Source: Octopus sinensis | Taxonomy: Eukaryota | Reading direction: 5' to 3' | Assembly (NCBI RefSeq): GCF_006345805.1 | Contig: NC_043009.1 | Location: 27,032,001 to 27,096,000 of the forward strand | DNA length: 64,000 nucleotides | Shown: piece after piece, positions 1 through 13,818 of the stretch | Numbering within the stretch: the stretch's first letter is position 1 | Layout: every line of letters starts with the position of its first letter | The notes under the pieces: model-generated | Told to the model about the DNA's origin: nothing | Databases searched by the model: none | The model's input: the letters and a program-made list of their open reading frames with translations, nothing else | Made by a program: the position numbers and the translations under genes

Positions 1-1540
1 GACAGTCCGCCATCTATAGCAGAGCTCACCAAGGCTATTGACTCCCTAGCAAGTAACATGGCTCCGGGAAAAGACAGCATCCCCTCAGAGATCATCAAAG
101 CCTGCAAACACACCATCCTGCTTCGGCACCTTCATGAGCTTCTGTGTCAGTGCTGGGAAGAGGGTACAGTCCCTCAGGATATGCGGGATGCTAGCATCAT
201 TACGCTTTAGAAAAACAAAGGTGACCGTGGTGATTGTAACAATTACCGTGGAATATCTCTTCTAAGCACTGTTGGAAAGACCTTTGCTCGCGTTGTTCTG
301 GCCAGGCTACAACTACTTACTTCTCGAATCTATCCAGAATCGCAGTGTGGCTTTAGAAGAAGCAGATCAACTATTGATATGATATTCTCCATACGCCAAC
401 TTCAGGAGAAGTCCAGAGAGCAGAAAATGCCATTATATATGTCCTTCATTGATCTAACAAAAGCCTTTGACTCGGTAAGTAGAAAAGACCTCTTCATCCT
501 GCTCCAAAAAATCGGATGTCCACCAAAGCTGCTGAGGATCATCAAGTCTTTCCATGATGATATGCAAGGTACCATACAGCACAATGGTTCAATATCAGCC
601 GCCTTCCAAATAAAAAACGGGGTAAAGCAAGGTTGTGTCCTCGATCCTACATTATTTGGCATTTTCTTCTCACTCTTGCTCTCACATGCCTTTCAGACAT
701 CAGATGATGGAGTGTTTCTGCACAGTAGAAGTGACGGGAAACTGTTCAATCTCTCGCGCCTGCGTGCCAAGACCAAAATCAGAAACGTCCTGATCAAGGA
801 GATGCTATTTGCTGATGATGCCGCTCTGGTATCACACACAGAAGAAGCCCTCCAAAGGCTCATTAACTGTTCTGAGCAAGCATGTAACGACGTTGGCTTA
901 GCTATCAGCCTTAAGAAGACCAGCATCATGGGTCAGGCTACATCGGACATCCCAAACATACATATTGGAGACCACAGATTACAGGAGGTGGAGAAGTTTA
1001 CCTATCTTGGCTCTACCGTCACCTACAACTTATCCCTTGACGCTGAGCTCAATATACGCATTGGCAAGGCAGCTGCTGTGATGGCCCAACTCTCCAAACG
1101 GGCATGGGACAACAATAAGCTGACCAAGACCACGAAAATGAAGATCTACCAGGCATGTGTACTTAGCACTCTACTGTATGGAAGTGAGACTTGGACACTA
1201 TACACACGCCAAGAGCGTCGGCTAAACATCTTTCACCTGCGCTGCCTCCGGAAAATCCTCCGCATCAAATGGCAGAATCATATCCCCAACAAAGATGTCC
1301 TCAAGCAAGCAGGAATACCAAGCATGTTTGCACTCCTCACACAAAGACGTATGAGATGGCTTGGGCATGTTAGCCGTATGAAAGATGGCAGAATCCCCAA
1401 GGACATACTCTACGGAGAGCTTGCTAGGGGTACTAGGTCTGTGGGTAGACCGTTCTTACGTTACAAGGATGTTTGCAAAAGGGACATGGAGGCCTGCAAC
1501 ATCAATATTAGCAATTGGGAAGCAATTGCCAGCAACCGTT
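1..1540 (+). mobile_element. RTE-clade (BovB-like) LINE reverse transcriptase, truncated, one premature stop
   Basis: Motifs APGKDSIP, NYRGISLLS, ESQCGFR, FIDLTKAFDSV, GVKQGCVL, LFADD, FTYLGS, LLYGSETW, RWLGHVSRM; in-frame TAG at 208-210 in ITL*KNKGD; ORF 379-1674 runs into unrelated AT-rich DNA after ~1540. Confidence 0.93.
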
Positions 1541-1864
1541 GTACCACTTCTTGTACCACTACTCTATATTTATATTTCTACCTTTACGGTGCTTTATTTT
1601 ACTGGAAAGTAATACATTTGTATTGCTATATTTTATTTTTCATTGAAAATATATATATATATATATGTACGTAAATTAATAAAATATATACATACAATAT
1701 TAGATATGTACATATATACACAAGTGCACTACATGAGTACCTACATCGCTAAAAATAGAAGTCAAAAATACTTCTGTACCACCGAATAGTCACAAATCTA
1801 TTAGACACGATAGGAAAAAATATCAGACTGTAATATATTCTTTTTAGGGTGTTAAAGTAGATGT

Positions 1865-2790
1865 TCAGCAAATCAAATGTAGATGTGGTATATCTTCAGT
1901 TTTCAAAAGACATTGATAAAATCGATCATGGTGTGTGAAGTCACAGACTGCGTGATTTCGGCATAGTCGGAGAACTTGGAGAGAAGCTACAGGATTTTTA
2001 AAAGATAGAAGTCAGACAGAGGTGGCCAATGGATCCACGATTAAAGAAACACAAATAGTGAGTGGTGTCCCACAGATCGCTATTCATAGTGACCTCTCAG
2101 ACATGCCCTCAGTGTTCAGATAGCCACCCTCCCTAGTTATGCAGACTATACAAAAGTCTCTCAGAAGACACAAGACTCTGGAGATGATGCACAACTGCAA
2201 CAGGAGTTGGATGCAATATACAGGTCGGCTGAAGACAATAACATGTAGATTAATACTGGAAAATTCCAAGGCTTGCGCTATCGTCACATGACGCTGAATG
2301 AAATGCAGAAAGGATACATTGGCCCTGGAGGGATTATAATCTTTGAATCAAAATCTGCGCGACAAGTGCATTGCCATGAGTAATGGTGCATCTTTCCTGG
2401 TGCATATTACTAAGCTGGCAATAACACGCAGATAGCTAACCGGATGGATCCTGAGAATGTTCAGGTCGGGAGAACAGGGAACCAAGATAGTTCTCAAGAC
2501 ATATGTCCTCAACCCTTCCCAGCGATGGCCACCACACAGTCAAGTTAAAGGCGGTACTCGAAGCAATCCATCGAAGCTATACAATGCGGATTGTCTTAAT
2601 GTGACTGGTCAGCTGTAGAGAAAGACCTAAAAAGTTAAGACTTTAATCCCAAGAACGAAGGTGGTAAAGATATGCAGTGATATACATGTGGAAAATTCGG
2701 GAAGATCTTGTAACAAACTTTGCCATTGAAACTCTGGCACCAGAACAGGATAAAACGGAACAGTGCCAAAGATCCCAACATCACCAAATT
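1865..2790 (+). mobile_element. Degenerate CR1/Jockey-type LINE RT remnant
   Basis: Frameshifted DVVYLxFSKxxDKIDHG, VSGVPQ and LQQELDAIYRSAEDNNM motifs. Confidence 0.65.
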
Positions 2791-3054
2791 AAGGTAGAAC
2801 GTTGTTTTAGAAATTGAGGATATCTCGAACGATGAAGAATAGCTGTTTTGAATATTCGAATATAAATGAATACATCAGATGAAAGAGAAAGGGAAAAAGG
2901 AAGACATTTATTTACAGAGGAAACATTTAAAAAGCTTTTCTTGTCTGACATGTTTAAGCATAAGAAAGTGTTATTTTAATTTTAAACTTAAACAAAAGAT
3001 GCACTCAATTAAATAATTTTTTTGCTGCTTTATTTTAAAAGTTCTTCCAGTTGG

Positions 3055-3250
3055 TCATATTGTCCAATGTTGAGGTAAGTCTTTATCTTTTGTTTCTGGC
3101 AATAAAAGGATCATCATGCCGGATATAAATGAAAGAACGCCGAAGATACTTAAAGGAAGCCATTTGACATAGTATGAAAGGTGAAGAATGAAGGGTGCAA
3201 GCATACTGCCAACGCAGGCAGACATTGAAGCTACACCTAAACCGTTTGTT
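3055..3250 (-). CDS. Gene A coding exon 9 (TM11-12, LPETK, frameshifted tail)
   Basis: [21 protein letters not shown]...[15 protein letters not shown]; acceptor at 3251-3252. Confidence 0.9.
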
Positions 3251-6200
3251 CTGAAAACAAAAATAATATAGATTAGTATAGAGGTATTTCCAGTTAGAAT
3301 GTATTATCTTTCATTAGTATTATTATTTCGATCATACACATACAAATTAAAAAGATATATGAATTTATTCAAAAGGATATGCGTTTTAGGAAACTTGTAA
3401 CGAATATCCTAAATGAAGAATTGTATTCACTGAGATCTAGCCAACGATACTGAAATACAGGATTCCATTTAATAATTTGAGAAAAAAAAATTATTCGATT
3501 CTTTAAATTCCCTTTGATTTACTGCTTCACTTCATGGATGTAGGAGTCTGTCGTATTCTTACATTTCTCTGTGTCTGATGTCTATCCTCTTCAATTAACT
3601 ACAGCTGTGAAATTCGGAATTAATCGTGAGATGAGCGAATATAATGTTTGATCAAGAAAACAAACAGCGACATGATATGATATGAAAATCATACGATGAT
3701 ATGACTAAATCTATTAATTAAATTCAGAAAATCAAGCAGAAATATTGCGAGTTGATAAATTCGTGTTGAGATGAGAAAAAGATGCAGTGAAAAGTGAAAA
3801 TTCAGTGAATTGAGATAATGGGGTGTATCCTATGTTTGGTACAGATGGAGCAAGTATGAGCTGCATATCACAAGCTATCTGAAACTTTATCAGCTTGGAT
3901 AGTTGAAGCTATAACCACTTGAAAAAATGTGTTTGAATGCCACTTACCTCACAACTGTTGGGAATATTTCTGCTGATAAGAGATAAATGGAAGAAAAGGC
4001 TGCTGCGATTCCAAACTTTCCCAGAACAACCAGAATGAGAGGGATCCAGAATGAGCCTAAAATACAATGAAACCGAAGATTAGAGAATGCGTCATACCTC
4101 TGCCATTGTATCGGGTTTCATTCAACATCTCACACGAGTTTTTTCATTAATGATCTCATGTTTGATTTCGATTGTTCATTATAAATATCTGTCTTGTGGC
4201 TTCTAATTAGGAGCTGTTAGACAAATACAATTTTCGTTATAAACATCTTAATCTTTAAAAAATATTCACTTCTTATGTGTCAAGAGCTATATAGTCTAGT
4301 ATTAGTGAGTCATATCCAGGTATTTGTTACAATAAGATTGTGAATATTTTTTGTTTTACACAACCTAGAAAATACTCATTACAAATTGCGTCAAATATTG
4401 ATTTTGTTTAAGTTAAATTAGATAATGACTTCACAGAAAAATAAATCAAAGTGTATATAAATTATAAAATCCATGATATACTTTACCTTCGGTTACAAAA
4501 TTTGAGCCGATGCAATTTAATCCACTAAACACCATAAAGAAACTAATAGGTTTGCGATGGTCAAAACGCATAAAGAAATAATAAGAAACGTAGTTGCTGG
4601 GGAACTCAACAATTTGCATTAAAAGGTAGTTTAAGTAGCGGTTTCCAGCCATATCAACAGATTTAAGTATTACGCCAAGGTATAACATGCTGCAGACCAT
4701 CCTGCAAAAGAAAAACAACACGTTACATAATAGAACACACGTTGTTCACATTTGTAATACAAAGTTATACATCTATGCTAAAATATCAGAAAATAGGAAA
4801 ATATTTCAGTCATCTGTGTCAACCACACAAATATATCCTACGCTATTTCTCTCTCTGGTTTCGCACGCACACACACACACACATACACACACATACACAC
4901 ACACAAATACATACATGTTCATCCATCCATCTTTATTCAAGTCAAAGTTTTCCACAAATTTTTAAAAGTAACATAATCAGCCAGTCACCATTTTTATTAA
5001 TCACAAAACTTTCCGGATAATTACTTTCATCTAATGAATGCAATAAATGCAATAAACTATACAAGACAAATAAATTCTGAATGAAACTATTTGATTTTTT
5101 TATCTACTGATCAAACCTCATCAATATAATATAGAAATGTACTTTGTAATATCCTGATTTACTCCAGTGAAAATATTTGTAGGGAACGTATTTGGACAAT
5201 ATGTTGTTCCTGCCAATAATCTATTTTTCAACATGATCTGGAAGTATTTACCAATTTTTGGTAAATATACCCTTTTAGATGAAGGCTGTTGCTATCCGAC
5301 TCGTCTTTTTGTCTCTAAATATTCTGTGATCCACATTATTTTATGTCATTGGGAATAACGCTGATCTCTCAATGATAGATCCATTTACCTGTGCATAAGA
5401 ACATCAAATCACGTTAATCAGCGAATGCCAAGTATGTTTAATATTTGTATTGATAGAACAGTGTACAAAATATATAATCGCATACCCTAATCTTATGTGT
5501 TATTCGATTATATATACACAATTCCATTAACAAAAGATGTTCAATCTAAGATAATATACATTTCGTCATTTTAATTTATATATTTTTTTTGTTTTTTTAG
5601 AAAGGCGACATACAATAAGGTATAAAAAAAATGTTTGAAAGATATGTACCAGCCGAAGCAAATATTAAGTGTGATTAATGCAATCCGCCATGTTTTAAAT
5701 AGATCGATAAAAGTATAATTCTCTTCTTTGTTTACGATTGTTTTCTCAGGTATATTTTCTTGGTAACTGTTTTCGAATGAAGTTTCTTCTTCATCATTTG
5801 TTAAAATACCTAGCACATCCTCGTGTTGCTTTATATTGTTCTTTATCACTTCTTCAAGGATTGCCTCAGCTTCTCTAAATCGTTTTCTTCCAATAAACCA
5901 TCTTGGAGATTCAGGCACAAATCTGAAAGTGTTCAATAGAAAGAGCTGTTCAAAATACTTGTGGTAATTAGTTATCAATATTATACCTGCAACTCAAGGC
6001 GGTGAGCCGGCTGAATCGATAGCACGCCGGGCAAAACGTCTGTCTGCACGCTCTGGGTTCAACTGCCGCCGAGGTCAACTTTCATCCTTTCGGAGGTTGA
6101 TAAATAAAATACCAGCTGAACACTGGGGTCGATGTAATCCACTAGTACCCTCTCCCCAAATTCCTGGCCTTGTGCCACAATTTGAAACCAATATTGTACC

Positions 6201-8299
6201 TGCTGCTCAAGGCGAAGATCTGGTAGAATCGTCAACACGCCGGTCAACATGTTTAGCAGCATTTCTTCCATCTTTACGTTCTGAGTTCAAATTCCACCGA
6301 GGTCAACTTTGCGTTTCATCCTCTCGACCTCAGGAGAATAAGTACCAGCTTGAGCGCCAGGTAATTAAAGAAACAGGGCTATGTGTCATTTAGATAGAAA
6401 GAGTTTATCAAAAGAAGTAATACACAGAACAAATATAGAATCGGTACACTGCACAGTTTTTATGACATGCGCAGCTGTTGTGGGAGTAGAATCACAGTCA
6501 GTGAGTGTGGAATCGATACAGCTGATATTTGCACATCGGATGTGATCTCCAGCATGCACTGAATGGGTTCGCAGCCGAGTGCTACAAGGTAGGGATAAAA
6601 ATTTGCCTGGAGAAGATTAAGATATTAGTTTTCTCAAGACAATCCTACTTGTAAACTCGGTATATTAGTGAAAGTTCACTGAGACAAGTGGATAAGTTTA
6701 AGCATCAGGGGGCCATATTCACGAGTAATGAGAAACAGGGGGTGAATTGGATGTTAGAATTGTATTGCAGATGTTGCCACAGTAATGCGCCAGCTCAAAC
6801 AATCGATCCTAAGAAGAGGAGAAATTGGCAAAAACCTCCCCAAAAAAAAAGACAAACTTGTTATTTTCAATTCGAATTTCGTGCTACCCTCACCTAAAGA
6901 CGCCCATCCTCGCCTTTATCCAAGAGTAATGAGTAATGACTGTTAATGTACGATCATGAATACAAGCGATCGAAATGGCGCTCTGCCAAAAGATCTTCGG
7001 AACAACATTACTCGACAGAGTTCGTAGCTCGGAGATCAGGGAGTCTCTTCAGGTGGAGTTGCTAGTTTTCTGCACTAAGGCATCAAAAGTCTGTTACTTC
7101 AGAGATTTGGTTTGAATGGCACAGGAATGAATCGCTAAACGGATTCTTCAAGCTGAGCCAACTGATAGGAGACCTAGGGGTAGACCAAAAACGTGATTCT
7201 TGGATAAAATCCAAAGTTTCAGAGTCCCGCTTGAGAATCCAGCCGGAAAATTTAATGAAACTTGCTTCTGATAGAGTCGTATGAAAGGGACACCTATGGA
7301 CTCTACCCACATGACTATCCCATATCCCAGGAATGATGGTCTGAAAAGATAGACGGATGGACAGACTGATAGATAGATGGAATGTAGACTGTACAATAAA
7401 GCCATAAATGCGATTTACCGAGAGGACATTTTAACCTGTATATAGAACACAGTCACTCGTTTAATCAAGAAATAATAGGAGTGCTACGTACATTCTTCTT
7501 ATAAACGATAGATTGGAGAGAAATACTATGATAAAATGTCATATTGTAAGCAAAGGCATATCTATTGTACAGTCGCTGTGAAGAAGAGAAATAAAGAAAT
7601 TATTACGATACACCTCTCACCATCCGTCATTGTCGAGAGAATATATTTATTGAAAACATAGACATTAAAACTGACAGATGTGCATCGAACAAATTTGAGG
7701 ACAAAAATAAAGAAAAAGTAAAATTTAGGAATTTTTTTTATCGGTAAGTGAAAGGTTTGCATGGAAGCGAAAAAAAATTCCCGTCATGTTTTCAATATTA
7801 GATTTTCGTCTAAGTAGGTAAATGTGAGTTGCTGAGAATTAATGAAAATTTTCTTGTTTGGAATTAGAATTATGGACAGTAAAATATAGCCAAGCAAAAA
7901 TATACTTAACTTACATCCAAATGAAAAAAACGATTATCGGTAGGAGACACGCTGTCAATTCTAAATGACGCCAGTCAGATATGGCATAGGCGAACCCCGT
8001 TTCAAATATCGAGGCTACTGGATAGACGCACATAAACACAAAATTAACAGGAGTACGTAGTTCTGAAGAAGTAAATTCCATGACTGTAAAATTTAAGAAA
8101 ATATAAATATGTTAAGAATGCTTTTTATTTATATACAAAGAATATGGTAAGTGAAAAAAAAGATTCAAATATTCAACTGTAAATTTACGATTCCGCACTT
8201 GGAAATTTCGGTAACATGAAACCATGCAGTCAACATTGTTCTATTACGAATATCAGTTGTTTTCTGACTTATGAAAGCTCATTGCACTACACATACACA

Positions 8300-8330
<31 letters not shown>

Positions 8331-9145
8331 TAACACACACACAGAGACACAGACACACGCACACACACACACACTAAAATGTGTGAATTAAGGCTACCAT
8401 TGGTTTGATGTTAAGAAAAGTGGGAAAATATCCTAGTGTCTTAAAAAACTTTCAAGCCAATCACATGGGAAAGGGTGTTCGTCTTCATTTTGGAAAACAC
8501 AACCTCGTTTAGTTCGCGGAGATTCTCGGAGATCTTAGCTGTAGATTAATAAATCCCACAAAAGGCGAATTAGAAATTATTAGAAAAATCCATGTTAGAT
8601 AATATTATACGACAAATCTGAGCACACTCAAACTTACTAAATGGATATACAGTAGTGCATCTATTGAATGGTTTAAGAAAATGGAAGATAATCCCAAATG
8701 CAAATTTATACAATTCGATATCGTAGAGTTCTGCTCTCGATCTTCAAAAGCTTGCTTCAGAAGGCAGTTGAATTTAGTAAGGTATATGCCATAAGAAATA
8801 CTGATAGAGATATAATTATAAACGCAAGAAAGTCATTATTCTTTCACGATAATTCCTATTCGGTAAAAAAGGATGGAGGCGAGTTATTTGACGTGATAAT
8901 GGGGAGCTATGACTATGCAGAGATAACTGAACTTCTAGGCCTTTATATCCTAGATCCCCTTAAAAAGAAATAAAAGAAGCTAATATAGGTTTATATGGAG
9001 ACGATGGCCTGGGAGTTGTGTACAATAAAAACGGACATGATATGGATAGAATAAGGAAAAAATTATACAAAACATTTTGTCAGTTAGGCCTAAGAACCTC
9101 AATTAGTACAAACTTTCCTAGACACACACACACGCAGACAGACAG

Positions 9146-9177
<32 letters not shown>

Positions 9178-11109
9178 ATACACGTATATATTTATGGATA
9201 CGCGGCTTCCCCGTACAATACTAACCACCGTGTTTATAAATTGTGTTGCAGAGAACGCTTACTCTTCTTCGCCACCATTATACCTCGTTACTGAATAGGT
9301 TCTCCGACTTAATCTTCTCGTGTACATATAAATTTTATTTCACTTTTGCCCATTACGTAAAGTCCACACAATTTCTATTAATTGTGGTCAGGCCCTTACG
9401 TATTACCTATGGACGCTAGCATTATTTTCTCTCTCTGATCTCCTTGTACCTTTCTCTCTATCTCAGCTTATATTTCCTCCTCCACTAACTCCGTCCCTAT
9501 TCCTTTCGTTTATTGCTTACATCTCTCAGTCTTTCTATATTGCCAGCTACTGTTCCTAATTGGTTTAAAGTCTGCTTAGTGAGATACCTGACCGCAGCAG
9601 CGCTCCCATACATATGTATTTATGCGTTGATGAATGTGTATTGATGTATGTGTGTATGTATATATGTTTGTATTGGGTCATCCCATAAACAATGCTGTTT
9701 TTTTCAATCGCATGAACTAACAGTCGAAGGGGAACGGGATAAACTACCTGTATCAACTTGCTATAAAAGCAGGTAATCATTTTACCTTGTCCTTATTTTT
9801 AGTATAAGTTTTGAAGTGTGTAGTTCGATTTTAACAGTTAATTTTTCAAAGCTGTAATGGAAGTGACAAAGGAGCATATTCAGCATATTTTGCTTTATGA
9901 GTTCATTAAAAGTAGCAACGCAACGGAAAGTGCGAGGAATATCAATGCAGTATATAGGGATCAGACAATAAGCGTAAACCAGTGTGAATGGTGGTTCCAG
10001 GAATTCCGAGCCGGAAACTACAGACTAGGAGACGAGCCTCGTCCTGGAAGATCGGTAGAGTTCGACAAGGACACCATGGAAACCCTGGTGGAACAAAATC
10101 CCATTGTAACTGTTGAGCAACTAGCAGAGAAGCTTGGAGTTGGTCATTCAACCAGTCATTCAAGTCAGCGCAAGAAGAAAAAACGTTTCAAGACGAAAGG
10201 TGTTCTTCCATCAGGATAATGCTCGGCCACATACAGCGAGGATGACATTCCAAAGGCTGGAACAGCTTGAATGGGAAACGATGCACCACCCACCATATTT
10301 GCGGGACATTGCCCTATCTGATTATTATTTATACCGCAGTCTTCAAAATCATTTGGCCGGAAAAAATATGAATTGTGTAGACGAAGTTAGAACAGTACCA
10401 GAGGAGTATTTTTCGTCACGGACGTGTGAATTTTAGAAACGGGGCCTTGCCAGTTTACCAGATAATTGGAAGAGTATTGTAGAAGATGAAGTGTATATTT
10501 TAGATTAAAAAAGAACTTTGTTTATCTTAATTTGGAAAAATAAAAGAAGTATAAAAAAGCGCATTATTTATGGGATGACCCAATATATAGGAGTAACTTA
10601 CTCAGTGCATAAGTGCTAACTATTATGCCGATATTACCACAAGCTTGAATCCAATAAAGAATGAGAAAAGTGATGAAAGATGGGATGAAGATTTTGGTAA
10701 CTCCACAAACAACCAGGCATGCATTTGCAAGCAATAAAATAGGTCTCCGACCAAATCTATATGAAAATCAGAAATACCTTAATTATTTTCAGGAAATTTA
10801 AAAGTTTTGTTAATAAATATAAGAACGAAAACAAGGCTCCAGAAGTAAATATATATGTTACGTACTTTTGATAAATGTTGTTTTGCGCTATGTCTAGCGA
10901 GAAGGTCTCGTAACAAAGGAAGTTTCTAACGTCGTCAAAATGAAGGTAGACGATACAAATTCTAGGGAGCTATGAAAGTGTGCTCGTGAAATAGAAAGTG
11001 ATACTCGTGATACCACAAAACACTGCGAGAGTGAGTCATGGGTTTGTTTTTGCGCATTAATATATCTGCCCATATGCCTATGTGCAAATGAGAGAGAAAT
11101 AGAGAGAGA

Positions 11110-11149
<40 letters not shown>

Positions 11150-12604
11150 GAATGAGAGAGAGAGAGAGTGAGAAAGAAAGAGAGAAGATAATAGGAGTTA
11201 CCAAGTAAAGAGGACAATGTACGAAAAATCGTTAGATATCTGTGAAGCACAAACGAGAATCTCATAAGGAAAACTAGATCGATTAACCATGATATTAAGT
11301 ACAATACAAAGAAAAGATAGGATGCTTCATTGTATAGAATGTATGTTTAATATTTCTTCTTGATTTTCTTTTTGTAAATGAAAATATAACGGACACCGTA
11401 TATGCTTTTACCTGAAATTTTGTATATATGTTATGTCTAAAAGCATGCGGTACACTTTTAAAAATGTCTTAGGGAAATTGTTCAGCGAAATAAAACCGCG
11501 TCGTTAGGCAATTCAACTAAATATGTCAAGGCAATCAAGCTGTTTGAATTGTTCCCGATACAGGTATGAAACAGGTAATTCTTAGCACCGCAGAAATGTG
11601 AAACTGTGACGTTCGGTTTGTTCATTAATGACGTAAACGATATAATATAATTATAATTGAGAATGTGAACTGAGTCAAAATATCGTCTGTTTGGGAACCT
11701 GACTTTTTATCATTTGGTAATTACACTACTGATAACTAAAACGGAATCACTCATCTAGACTACAAGGAGTTTAGGTTTATTGCGTCATACTCCGATTAGT
11801 AGGAAAATAGTCAATAAAGAGCAAAGAGAAAAATGTCTTCAAATATCTTCACCGGACAACAATGTTATCATATGTGCGATGGGTTTTTTAATCTGATCTT
11901 GCAAGTAGTTCATCATTTCTAACTTCAAATTAAACAAAGGAAATAGCAACAACATATCTCATGTACAAAAAATACCAATTCCCTCCACCAATGATTGATT
12001 TTACTATAACGTGGAAATTAATAATGAAATCTACAAAAGGAAAGAATTCTGGTAGAATGCATGAAATATCAAAGACAAATGACATATACAATCCACTGGA
12101 TATAAAAAAAAGGAAGGAGATCTTACCTGTCAGCTAAAGCACCAAATACTATTGCTCCAACAAGATAACCAGCAAAATAAACTGACTGCAAAGTGGATCT
12201 TAACCATTTGTTTTCGCATACCAAACCAAACTGTAAGCAGATTAATAAAAATAAATTTAAACATTCAAGAATTTCATAAAATTTTCTTTAAATATCAATG
12301 CGTAAAGTTTGGAGCATTTTCTCTTTAATTTAAACTGTGTAATAATAAGAACAAGAACTGCTCCTTATTTCGGTCAGTATTTCTATTTTATTCATAGATT
12401 TTTTGTTCAGGGACCAATGGTTTGGTTGTTGTCAAAGGGGATATCGAAAGTTGACCATAATGAATATTTAAAATTTAATTGAAAACAATTTTATGAGTGT
12501 TTTCTGATACAGGAAAACCTTCATAAACCGTGATTGAAGAAAACCCCCCACCTTTTTAGTACATTTTTACTTTAGGTCTACAGGGTTGTTTGCTATATAT
12601 GAAG

Positions 12605-12668
<64 letters not shown>

Positions 12669-13028
12669 GTGTGAGTGGACAAACGAAAGAAGGGCACTCA
12701 ACCAATTTAATGGAGTTACATGAACGGATCAGAACAGTCTGATTCACATTCGTTGGTACTCTGGAGATTCAAGCGACTAGCATCACGCTTGAAACTCAAG
12801 AGTACCAACGAATTTTATTCAGACTGTCCTGATCCATACATGTAACTCCCAGTAAATTGGTTGAGTGCCCTTCTTTCGTTTGTCCACTCACACGTATATA
12901 AGCACACACACACACATATCGCGCTGCCAACAGTCCTCCCTATATATATAAGTATTATTTGAGGGAATATAAATCCAAACTTACAGGGAAAATAATTCAA
13001 TTTAGAAATACTAAATCAAATTTCACAC

Positions 13029-13081
<53 letters not shown>

Positions 13082-13216
13082 GAACAAAACCACCTTTTAT
13101 CAATTCAAAATGAACAATTTAATTACACCATCTAGAATATATATATAATTAGAACAAAACCACCTTTTATCAATTCAAAATGAAAAATTAAATTACACCA
13201 TCTAGAATATATATAA

Positions 13217-13279
<63 letters not shown>

Positions 13280-13770
13280 AAATAGTAATAGTATAACAAC
13301 AAAAGAATGAATGAGACCTTGATATTATGTAAATAGAGGAATTTATCTGTAATATATGTGACATAATAAAACTCCGAGTTTCAGATATCGGGGCGGAAAT
13401 CTGCTCCGGCATCTCATTAGTTATTGAGACAAACAAAAATGCTATGAAATTGACCGTTAAACAAAGGCAAATTACTATGTAAATGATCGTTATTAAGACA
13501 AACAAAAGAGCCATTAGAATGACCGTTAAATCATATATGCAACCATACCCACGTACACATATACATATCCGCACACACGCACACATACACACACGTATAC
13601 ATACCTATACGCGCACAATTATATTCATATACAGGTCTAAAAAGGCATATGCTATATATGCATATGATCACTTACACTCCCGTGAAGCACATGCGTGCAC
13701 ACCCACGCACACATCTATATGTATACATATATATGTAATCATACACATTTACACATAAACACATCCACAC

Positions 13771-13818
<48 letters not shown>

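Noticed and set aside
7540-7720. Segment conserved between genes A, B (37720-37890) and partly C, considered as an extra exon
   Set aside because: Exons 5 and 6 already join in frame ([10 protein letters not shown]); the segment has indels and no consistent splice sites, so it is residual intron homology
12750-12812. Apparent complete hammerhead (CTGGAGA...GAAAC...GTA) at the hairpin centre
   Set aside because: CTGGAGA is simply the diverged inverse of the right arm, and helix I is out of register
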